Positions 9,468 through 16,998 of a stretch of 38,379 bases of DNA are shown here, one piece after another. A model generated the notes under the pieces. It was not told the DNA's origin. It saw nothing but the letters and a program-made list of their open reading frames with translations, and ran no database searches. This stretch comes from a candidate division FCPU426 bacterium. Lineage in GTDB: Bacteria > Oederibacteriota > JAAXVQ01 > JAUVAV01. The position numbers and the translations under genes were made by a program. The stretch spans positions 1 to 38,379 of the forward strand of contig DAOWGI010000045.1 of assembly GCA_030637655.1 (NCBI GenBank), in the 5' to 3' direction. The stretch's first letter is position 1. Each line of letters opens with the position of its first letter.

Positions 9468-9662
9468 CTAATGCCTCAACCTTCTGCGGGGAATCATGCG
9501 AAGATCCTTTTCGGTTCCGCCAAGCTGCGCCAGGCGTTTGCCGCTTTCGCGGGCAATAAGTGCTTCCAGGCCGAGTTTTATTAAGGAAGTTTTTTCCTTT
9601 ACCCCGGTTAATTTTATGGCTTGCTGAAGCAAGCCGTCCTCGATATTTAAAGTTGTTCGCAT
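9468..9662 (-). CDS. vapB: VapB antitoxin (RHH-type)
   Basis: MRTTLNIEDGLL...EKTSLIKLGLEALIARES; AGGAGG before ATG 9662; directly upstream of vapC. Confidence 0.88.
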   Translation of the reverse strand: MRTTLNIEDGLLQQAIKLTGVKEKTSLIKLGLEALIARESGKRLAQLGGTEKDLRMIPRRRLRH

Positions 9663-9694
9663 AAGTGATATCCTCCTGTATGTTATTTCATATG

Positions 9695-9727
9695 TATTAA
9701 TATGCACTGTTTTTACATATTTGTCAA
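9695..9727 (-). promoter_or_regulatory. Putative sigma70 promoter of vapBC
   Basis: TTGACA on minus strand (9722-9727), ~17 nt spacer, then catatt/tattaat. Confidence 0.5.
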
Positions 9728-9845
9728 CCAAGTGATTGGGATACGGATACGGGACGTTGGTGATTTAGTGACTTAAGAAAAAAGTATAGAGTAGGGGGAC
9801 GTAGTGAAAGCGCAGGCCAGCAGGTATAATCTCAGGAATTACCAG

Positions 9846-9935
9846 TGCGGCGGCGCGGGGCCGACCGTGTTGAAATGAATTGAAAGAATCGGTTCTGATA
9901 AAGGCGGGCATTGGGAAGTGAAGAGATTAAAATGA
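9846..9935 (+). pseudogene. Collapsed remnant of an AlbA-HATPase-HTH cassette
   Basis: 9846-9884 matches 3637-3678 (upstream of that gene); 9885-9935 encodes RIGSDKGGHWEVKRLK* matching its C-terminus RIGHDKGGHWKVNKIK*. Confidence 0.8.
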
Positions 9936-10118
9936 AGGTGCCAGGCACGAATAAGAGTCATTTAATATGGGGAGCTGAAAAAGAGACGTTGGCAGTATAA
10001 CCGGATGTCGGATAAAGCGCTGTGCTTGCTGCTTGTCACACAAAAAAACCTGAAATAATTTGCAATTATTTCCTCTTTAATCAGTCTAATACCATTAGAA
10101 AAAAACAGGGAGGAATAT

Positions 10119-10638
10119 ATGGCAAAAAACAGTATTTTATCGTTGGAACTCATCCGGGAAAAAATATAGGGGACAGAGAGTGATGTTGGATAGGGATCTG
10201 GCAATATTTTATGGTGTTACAACTAAAGTATTTAACCAGGCTGTAAAAAGAAACAAAGAAAGATTCCCCGAGGATTTTATGTTCCAAGTAACACAAGTTG
10301 AAAATGATTCTTTAAGGTCACAATTTGTGACCTTAAAGAGAGGACAACATCGTAAATATCCGCCTTACGCATTTACTGAAAATGGTGTGGCTATGCTGTC
10401 ATCCTGCTTAAGAAGCAAATCAGCGATTCAAATTAATATTCAAATCATGCGGACCTTTACAAAAATCCGTGAATTGATGAGTATGCATAGAGATATTTAT
10501 AACCGGATGAATAAATTAGAGATGAAACAATTGAGCCAGTCCAAAGAAATCATAAATATCAATCAGGTAATCCAGGAAATGTTGAATTTGCCGATTACCT
10601 TAAAACGAAAATCAAAACCCATAGGATTCAAGCGATAG
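10119..10638 (+). pseudogene. ORF6N (KilA-N-like) DNA-binding protein, frameshifted near the 5' end
   Basis: RBS ggagg + ATG 10119 gives MAKNSILSLELIREKI* (TAG 10167); another frame continues RGQRVMLDRDLAIFYGV...NQAVKRNKERFPEDFMFQ...PYAFTENGVAMLSS. Confidence 0.8.
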
Positions 10639-10661
10639 CGAGAATGACGGTAGGGTGAGTA

Positions 10662-10814
10662 GGGGACGGAGTCTTGCGCCAGGCAAAATCTGGACAAAGG
10701 GAATGAGTAGGGGTTCAAAATTTTGAACCCCTACCTTGTATTGAAACCTAGCGGGCAACCAATGCCGTCCGGAATCAGGGACGTAGTGAAAGCGACGGGA
10801 CAAATCGGCATAGA
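10662..10814 (+). repeat. Long intergenic repeat, copy 5 (3' part, begins exactly at GGGGAC)
   Basis: ggggacggagtcttgcgccaggc...palindrome 10707-10734...ccggaatcagggacgtagtgaaagcg...ggcataga. Confidence 0.95.
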
Positions 10815-10890
10815 AGAACAAGGGATGAGGCTTCGACTGAGCTCAGCTCAGTGATTTCAGCCATACATGAAGGTGACCGGCACTTTGATA

Positions 10891-10952
10891 CGGGTGTATG
10901 CGGGTGGAAATACGGTTTGACTTATGGGTGGATTCGGGTGACAATATGGGTG
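10891..10952 (+). promoter_or_regulatory. Putative fic promoter/operator with five GGGTG direct repeats
   Basis: GGGTG at 10892, 10902, 10926, 10936, 10948 around TTGACT (10917) and gacaat (10940). Confidence 0.55.
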
Positions 10953-10965
10953 AAAGGATATCTAT

Positions 10966-12015
10966 ATGCTGAAAACCGGCACCATTCAAGTCACATCTGA
11001 GCTTCTGGCGCTGATCTCCGAGATCGATGAATTCAAAGGCGCCTGGCGTTCCTTTGGTGCGTTGGCGCCCGAGCGTCTGAACGCCTTGCGCCTCGTCGCT
11101 ACAGTCGAGAGCATTGGCTCATCAACCCGCATTGAGGGCAGCAAGCTGACAGATCGCGAGGTTGAGCAGCTGCTTGCTGATCTTAAAATAGCATCCTTTG
11201 CCACCCGCGACGAACAGGAGGTTGTCGGCTATGCCAAGGTAATGGACCAGGTGTTCAACTCCTGGCAGGACATCCCAATCACGGAAAACCATATCCGGCA
11301 ATTGCACCGCGACCTGCTTGCCTACAGCGAGAAGGATGAACGGCATCGCGGTAGCTACAAGACGGCCTCAAACAGCGTGGCTGCTTTCGACACAGCTGGA
11401 GCGCAGATCGGAATCGTATTCGAGACAGCAACCCCTTTTGACACACCACGTCTCATGGGCGAGTTGACCGCTTGGTTGCATGAGGTGCGCGAGACACGCC
11501 GACTACATCCTTTGCTGATGATAGCTGTGTTTATTGTCGTGTTCTTGGAAATCCATCCCTTCCAGGATGGCAACGGTCGCTTGAGCCGGATTCTAACCAC
11601 GCTGTTGTTGTTGCAGGCCAACTATGCTTACGTCCCTTACAGCTCGCTTGAGAGCGTCATTGAGGATAACAAGGAAGGTTATTATCTCGCGCTCAGACAG
11701 ACGCAAGGCACGATCCGCACCGAGGCGCCGAACTGGCAGCCCTGGATCGGCTTTTTCCTTCGCGCGGTGCAAAAACAAAAGCGGTTCCTGGCTGTCAAGG
11801 TCGAGCGGGAAAAACTGGTACTGGCCACTTTGCCCGAGCTGGCCGTGGAAACTCTGGATTATGCCCGCGACCATGGCCGCGTGACGATAGGTAACATGGT
11901 CCGCAAAAGCGGCGCCAGCCGCAACACGATGAAAGAGCATTTTCGTAATCTGGTGAAGAAGAAATACCTTATCCAGCATGGCGTCGGCAAAGGCACGTGG
12001 TATGCCCTGCCATGA
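10966..12015 (+). CDS. Fic family protein with N-terminal inhibitory motif and C-terminal wHTH
   Basis: HPFQDGNGRLSR Fic motif; STRIEG autoinhibitory motif; HGVGKGTWY wing. Confidence 0.92.
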   Translation: MLKTGTIQVTSELLALISEIDEFKGAWRSFGALAPERLNALRLVATVESIGSSTRIEGSKLTDREVEQLLADLKIASFATRDEQEVVGYAKVMDQVFNSWQDIPITENHIRQLHRDLLAYSEKDERHRGSYKTASNSVAAFDTAGAQIGIVFETATPFDTPRLMGELTAWLHEVRETRRLHPLLMIAVFIVVFLEIHPFQDGNGRLSRILTTLLLLQANYAYVPYSSLESVIEDNKEGYYLALRQTQGTIRTEAPNWQPWIGFFLRAVQKQKRFLAVKVEREKLVLATLPELAVETLDYARDHGRVTIGNMVRKSGASRNTMKEHFRNLVKKKYLIQHGVGKGTWYALP

Positions 12016-12132
12016 TCGAATTTGAGGGATGAAGATGCGCCCGTTTATGAGATTGAAGTCGTGGTTAAAATAACAAGTTAACGAATTTGGGGACGCGTGA
12101 TGAAGATTGCTCCTAGCCTGAATTTGACATGA

Positions 12133-13395
12133 TTGCCTAAAAATTGCTTTTTACCACTGGAACTAAAAAGGAGATTTTATTTGTATTCTTCACATTCAAA
12201 GGTTATAAAAATATGTATCGCTGCTCTGGTGTTGTCTTCTTTGCTTCCCGGGTGTTCGCGTTTTTACCTGACTATACGGCCGGATACTGTTGCTGTGCCG
12301 CCGGTTAAATATGAACGGAAAAAATCCGGAAATATACGAGTGGCTTTAGTGAAAAGCGCGAAACGAGTAGGTATTTCCTCGTCTCGCGAGGTTAAGATAT
12401 ATGACATGCGAACCAAAAAAATAATTGATCGTATGCGACTCACCGCAGATACGCAGGTGACTTTGCGGGATGGTCGGATTATGCTTGCAGGGAAAACCTT
12501 GCCGGCCCCGCGTATTCGCCTGGTGCCGGCTAAAAATGAATACCTGAGTGTGCGCGGCAAACGCTACCGCGGACAGATTGAGGTCCTGATCAACCAAGAG
12601 TCCGGTGGTTTGTTGGCAGTGAATTATATTCCATTAGAGCAGTATCTCTTTGGCGTGGTTCCCAATGAAATGATTTCGACCTGGCCTGAACAAGCCCTGC
12701 AAGCCCAAGCAGTAGCTGCCCGAACCTTTGCTCTGTATAAAATGAGCGGATGCGCAACCAAGGAGTATGATCTGGATGCTTCGGTTAATAGTCAAGTGTA
12801 CGGTGGCTTGGATTCTGAGAAGGAAAGCACTTCTCGAGCCGTGCTTCAGACTCAAGGTGTAGTGGCCATGAGTAATGGAAAATATATTGCTGCTTTTTAC
12901 CATTCCAATTGCGGAGGACATACTGCTAATGTAAAAGATGTTTGGGGTTCGCAGCTGCGCTATTTGGCCGGCAGTTTATGTGGATTTTGTGATAATGGAC
13001 CGCATTGTCGTTGGGAACATCAGCTGACCAAACAGGAATTGGAAACGCGGCTGAAAAAACGGAAGGTTATCCAGCACAAGATCCAACGTTTGGAATTAAT
13101 CGGTCGTGATTCCGGTGGGCGAATTCAGATGATTCGGATTCAGCATACGGCCGGACATAAAGACATAAAAGCTGCGGCTTTTCGGATGCTGATCGGTCCG
13201 GATATTATCCGAAGCACAAAGTTCTACGTCCATTCGAATGGTAAAAATATTATCTTTAAGGGAAAAGGTTGGGGTCATGGCGTTGGTTTATGTCAGGAAG
13301 GCGCCTACGGTATGGCTCGCAGCGGATACCACTACCGGGATATTCTCAGGCATTATTATCCGGGTGTTGATATCCATAAAATAAGCATTCCATAA
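12133..13395 (+). CDS. SpoIID/LytB-domain protein (putative lipoprotein lytic transglycosylase); start codon uncertain
   Basis: YRGQIEV, LEQYLFGVVPNEM, QAQAVAARTFA, SQVYGG, YHSNCGG, GKGWGHGVGLCQEGA, ILRHYYPG; LPGC lipobox-like. Confidence 0.9.
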   Translation: MPKNCFLPLELKRRFYLYSSHSKVIKICIAALVLSSLLPGCSRFYLTIRPDTVAVPPVKYERKKSGNIRVALVKSAKRVGISSSREVKIYDMRTKKIIDRMRLTADTQVTLRDGRIMLAGKTLPAPRIRLVPAKNEYLSVRGKRYRGQIEVLINQESGGLLAVNYIPLEQYLFGVVPNEMISTWPEQALQAQAVAARTFALYKMSGCATKEYDLDASVNSQVYGGLDSEKESTSRAVLQTQGVVAMSNGKYIAAFYHSNCGGHTANVKDVWGSQLRYLAGSLCGFCDNGPHCRWEHQLTKQELETRLKKRKVIQHKIQRLELIGRDSGGRIQMIRIQHTAGHKDIKAAAFRMLIGPDIIRSTKFYVHSNGKNIIFKGKGWGHGVGLCQEGAYGMARSGYHYRDILRHYYPGVDIHKISIP

Positions 13396-13432
13396 TTATT
13401 TTTCTCATTACACTTGTTTTTCCAGGAGACAT

Positions 13433-14473
13433 ATGCGTATAGAAGATTTTGATTTTCACTTACCGTTGGAACGAATAGCCCAAAAAGCCAAACCGCGCGG
13501 CTATTCCCGTTTGCTCGTTTTGCCCAAAATACAGGGAGCAGCTATCCATACTTCCTTTCGTAGTGTATCCCACTGGCTGAAAAAAGAGGATTGCTTGGTA
13601 GTTAATGACACTAAAGTAATACCGGCTCGTTTGTATGCGCTGAAGGTAGAGACTCAGGCGCAAATAGAGCTGATGCTGCATCGTGAAATAGAACCAGGGC
13701 TCTGGGAAGCCTTGGCCCGTCCTTGTTGTCGCTTGAAACCGGGGATGGAATTAAAACTAGGCCGGGAGTGTGTCCGGGTTAAAGCCATTCATGAGCGCGG
13801 CCAAGTACTGCTTAGGTTTGCATCCTCTGCTGCCGGGAAACGCATTATCCAAAAACATGGCATTACGCCTTTGCCGCCCTACATCTGTCGTGACTTTCGT
13901 GCACCCAATGCTAATGAAAAAAAAGACAGACAACGGTATCAAACCCTGTTTGCCGCCAAGGCTGGTTCGGTGGCCGCGCCTACGGCAGGTCTGCATTTTT
14001 CGTCAAAAATTTTAACAGATCTGCAAGCCGGCGGAATTCACGTGGTTCCGGTAACATTACATGTGGGGTGGGGGACCTTTGCTCCGCTTTCTAAAGAAAC
14101 TTGGAAGCAAAAAAAGCTGCATCCGGAGCGTTATTCCATTTCTCCGGAGGCAGCTAACAGAATTCGTAAATGCCGGGAACAGGGAAAGCGTGTTATAGCC
14201 TGTGGAACCACAGTGGCCAGAACCCTGGAAGCGGCGACAGCTCCGGACGGTACCTTACGCTCAGGTTCAGGCGAAACCGATATTTTTATCACTCCTGGGT
14301 ATCGCTGGAAACAGGTGAATGGCTTGTTGACTAATTTTCATTTACCCAAATCGTCTTTGTTTATGTTGGTGAGTGCCTTGGTCACCAGGGAACGACTGTT
14401 AAATGCCTATCAAACGGCGATCCGGGAGAAATACCGGTTTTATAGTTATGGGGATGCCATGCTGTGTATATAA
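13433..14473 (+). CDS. queA: S-adenosylmethionine:tRNA ribosyltransferase-isomerase
   Basis: FDFHLP..IAQ, VVNDTKVIPARL, PLPPYI, YQT, GSVAAPTAGLHF, TLHVGWGTF, TNFHLPKSSL, YRFYSYGDAM. Confidence 0.97.
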   Translation: MRIEDFDFHLPLERIAQKAKPRGYSRLLVLPKIQGAAIHTSFRSVSHWLKKEDCLVVNDTKVIPARLYALKVETQAQIELMLHREIEPGLWEALARPCCRLKPGMELKLGRECVRVKAIHERGQVLLRFASSAAGKRIIQKHGITPLPPYICRDFRAPNANEKKDRQRYQTLFAAKAGSVAAPTAGLHFSSKILTDLQAGGIHVVPVTLHVGWGTFAPLSKETWKQKKLHPERYSISPEAANRIRKCREQGKRVIACGTTVARTLEAATAPDGTLRSGSGETDIFITPGYRWKQVNGLLTNFHLPKSSLFMLVSALVTRERLLNAYQTAIREKYRFYSYGDAMLCI

Positions 14474-14531
14474 GTAGGGAACGGTCCCCCAACCGGAATT
14501 GATGTAGGGAACGGTCGCGACCGTTCCCTAC
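14474..14531. repeat. GTAG-type REP doublet; perfect 28-nt palindrome gtagggaacggtcgcgaccgttccctac at 14504-14531 preceded by a partial copy
   Basis: Direct reading; lies immediately after the queA stop codon. Confidence 0.8.
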
Positions 14532-14631
14532 AATCATGAATAACAATTATTATATTTAATTCATAGTAGTATTTGTACGAAACTATCTGTAACAGATGTT
14601 TGATCTATGGGCTTCAAAGCGGAGGCAACAC

Positions 14632-16716
14632 ATGAAATTAAACTATGGCTTGGCGAGTCAACTTAATCATAAGCATTTGATTTCTTTATTCAATAAAGTC
14701 GAAAAAAATAAAAAGAGCCTAATTGAAGAAATCGAGAAATACATCAATCAATTGCCGGATACGGTAGTAAATGAAGCGAATTATCAGTACCTGCCCTCTA
14801 TTCTGGATGTCATTTTTAAGGAAATATCCCAATTTCGAAAAAAAATAAACAACGGTCGTGTTGATCTGGCGCTGAAACGATTGCGAAAAGGGGTGACTCA
14901 GTTGGCGTCGACCTCGCGTTCCTTTAGCACCTTTGTGGTGGTGTGGACGGTTTTTCGTGAAATTGCTTTGGGCTATTCCCAAAAATGGTTTTCGCAACGT
15001 CAGCTCAAGCATGTGATTATGGCCGGCGAGAAATTTTGGACACTCAGTTTTATTGAGATCATGAATGCGTATTTGCAATATTCCGACGAAATTATTCGTG
15101 AAAACACGCTGGAAAGTTCGGTGCTTTTTCATGCCACCCAGAGTATTACCACGGAAATGGATTTGGAATCGTTGTTGAATAAAATTGTGTTTCATGCCGG
15201 TATGTTGTTGCGTAATAAAAAGATGTTTCTGTTTGTGGCGGAAGCGGATTCTAAGGATCCCAAACAAAAGCGACGGTTGGTGTTGCGCGCGTCCAATCAA
15301 GAGGGTGAGTCGTATGGGGAATATTCCCTCCGGATTGGAGAAGGACCTATTGGACGTGTGGCGGAAGAAAACATACCGGTGCTAAATAATAATTATTCGC
15401 AATCCTCTAAAAAATTATCCTTCCTTAATAATACCGCCCATCTGTTGGCTGTGCCGATTACTTTTTCCGATGAAATCTTGGGGGTGTTGTTGGCTTCGGA
15501 GCAACGAAAATCCGAATTGATTACCAATTCCGAAAAAGAATTACTGCTGATGTATGCCCAACAAATTGCCATTACTTTTAAAAATGTGTTGCTGTATCAG
15601 GAACAAGCCAAGGTAGCACGTGAACTGGAAGAGAAAAACAAACAATTGGAAAAGCAGGCAGATCTAGTGTTACGCCGAACCGCGCAAATGGTAGTACTCA
15701 ACGAGGTCTCACAAAAAGTGAATTCCTCCCTTGATTTAAAAGAGGTTATCAGCTTGTTGGCCCGTCAGGCAGCAGAAAGCATTGGCTTGGACCGTTGTGT
15801 GGTATGGTTGTTTGATGATATGAAAATCAATTTGGAGGCTATTGCCGCCTATGGCATTTCCAACAAAGTGCTCTCATCTATGCGGTTTCAATTATCTGAT
15901 ATTCGCAATACTATTTTTTTCAAGACCCTGTCAGAGTTGTCTACCAACCAAATTCAAGTCGGCGAGGATGCGGAAATGTTCTCAGAAGTGCTGGAAGGAC
16001 ACCTGCTGCTCAATACCATGCTGGTAGTACCTTTAGTGCTGCAAGAAGAAGCCATTGGCATACTGGCAGTTGAAGATACCCGGGAATCGCATGAGTTCCT
16101 GGATGATGAAATCACATTGATCTCGGCCATTGCCAACCATACGGTCATGGCTATTGAGAACGCGCGTTTGTACCAAAAAGTACGAGAACAAGCCATAACT
16201 GACGGCTTGACCGGTGTTTATAATCATCGTTTCTTCCAAATTCGCTATTCCGACGAATATAATAATTCCAAGCGATATGGAAATGATATGAGTTTGATTA
16301 TCTTGGATATTGATCACTTTAAACAGTACAATGATACCTATGGCCATATGGCCGGTGATTTGGCTTTAAAAGAAATCGCCAATCTCACCCGCGACTCAGT
16401 TCGTGAAAATGATATTGTCGCTCGTTACGGCGGAGAAGAATTTGCGATTATTCTGCCCATGACCAATCTGAAAGGTGCGGAAGTCGTGGCCGAACGTATT
16501 CGGACTTCGATTTTAGAATGCCGTTTTTTAGGCGACCTCAATGTGCCGCAGGTAGCTATCACAGTATCCATGGGTGTTTCCGCCTATTCCAAGGATATGG
16601 ACAGCCGCGAAGAATTATTCCGTCAAACGGACAATGCTTTGTACTATGCTAAAGAACATGGCCGTAATAAAACAGTTGTGTATTCTCCGGAGCTGATGGA
16701 TTCTTCTGCTCAGTAG
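14632..16716 (+). CDS. Diguanylate cyclase: helical (RsbRD_N-like) domain, two GAF domains, GGDEF
   Basis: AITDGLTGVYN, DIDHFKQYNDTYGH..GD, RENDIVARYGGEEF (RxxD I-site + GGEEF); GAF motifs LLAVPI, AIENARLY; RBS ggagg before ATG 14632. Confidence 0.93.
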   Translation: MKLNYGLASQLNHKHLISLFNKVEKNKKSLIEEIEKYINQLPDTVVNEANYQYLPSILDVIFKEISQFRKKINNGRVDLALKRLRKGVTQLASTSRSFSTFVVVWTVFREIALGYSQKWFSQRQLKHVIMAGEKFWTLSFIEIMNAYLQYSDEIIRENTLESSVLFHATQSITTEMDLESLLNKIVFHAGMLLRNKKMFLFVAEADSKDPKQKRRLVLRASNQEGESYGEYSLRIGEGPIGRVAEENIPVLNNNYSQSSKKLSFLNNTAHLLAVPITFSDEILGVLLASEQRKSELITNSEKELLLMYAQQIAITFKNVLLYQEQAKVARELEEKNKQLEKQADLVLRRTAQMVVLNEVSQKVNSSLDLKEVISLLARQAAESIGLDRCVVWLFDDMKINLEAIAAYGISNKVLSSMRFQLSDIRNTIFFKTLSELSTNQIQVGEDAEMFSEVLEGHLLLNTMLVVPLVLQEEAIGILAVEDTRESHEFLDDEITLISAIANHTVMAIENARLYQKVREQAITDGLTGVYNHRFFQIRYSDEYNNSKRYGNDMSLIILDIDHFKQYNDTYGHMAGDLALKEIANLTRDSVRENDIVARYGGEEFAIILPMTNLKGAEVVAERIRTSILECRFLGDLNVPQVAITVSMGVSAYSKDMDSREELFRQTDNALYYAKEHGRNKTVVYSPELMDSSAQ

Positions 16717-16744
16717 TTCCTGTTGCGGAAAGGGTATTTTTTAA

Positions 16745-16822
16745 GTTGTCATCCCCGAATGCTTGTATCGGGGATACGGTTCAAAAAACCGGATTCCCGA
16801 TTAACCCCTCGGGAATGACAAC
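16745..16822. repeat. REP-like palindromic element (copy B)
   Basis: gttgtcatcccc...gggaatgacaac with internal hairpins. Confidence 0.8.
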
Positions 16823-16873
16823 CTTTGTTTAGCCGCGGTTCACTGACCTGCTACGAAAAAGCATGAATTAGTC

Positions 16874-16903
16874 TTGCTGTGTGAATACTCCGGGTGGTAT
16901 AAT
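16874..16903 (+). promoter_or_regulatory. Putative sigma70 promoter with extended -10
   Basis: ttgctg-N18-TATAAT with TGn extension. Confidence 0.5.
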
Positions 16904-16998
16904 AACACTTTTATAGGTTAAAAAGATTGATTTTAAAGAAGATATAGGCGTTTACAGGATTCTTTTTAAATATTCTTGACAAGGCGAGGTGGTTTTTC

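Noticed and set aside
3416-10814. CRISPR array
   Set aside because: Repeats are 70-225 nt and separated by kilobase-scale genes; no cas genes
10612-10821. 69-aa minus-strand ORF
   Set aside because: Translation of the intergenic repeat
10829-10850. cttcgactgagctcagc REP-like remnant
   Set aside because: Single short copy; cannot be supported within the window
3416-12100. Classical integron with attC sites
   Set aside because: No consistent RYYYAAC...GTTRRRY boxes after stop codons and no intI in the window (by eye only)
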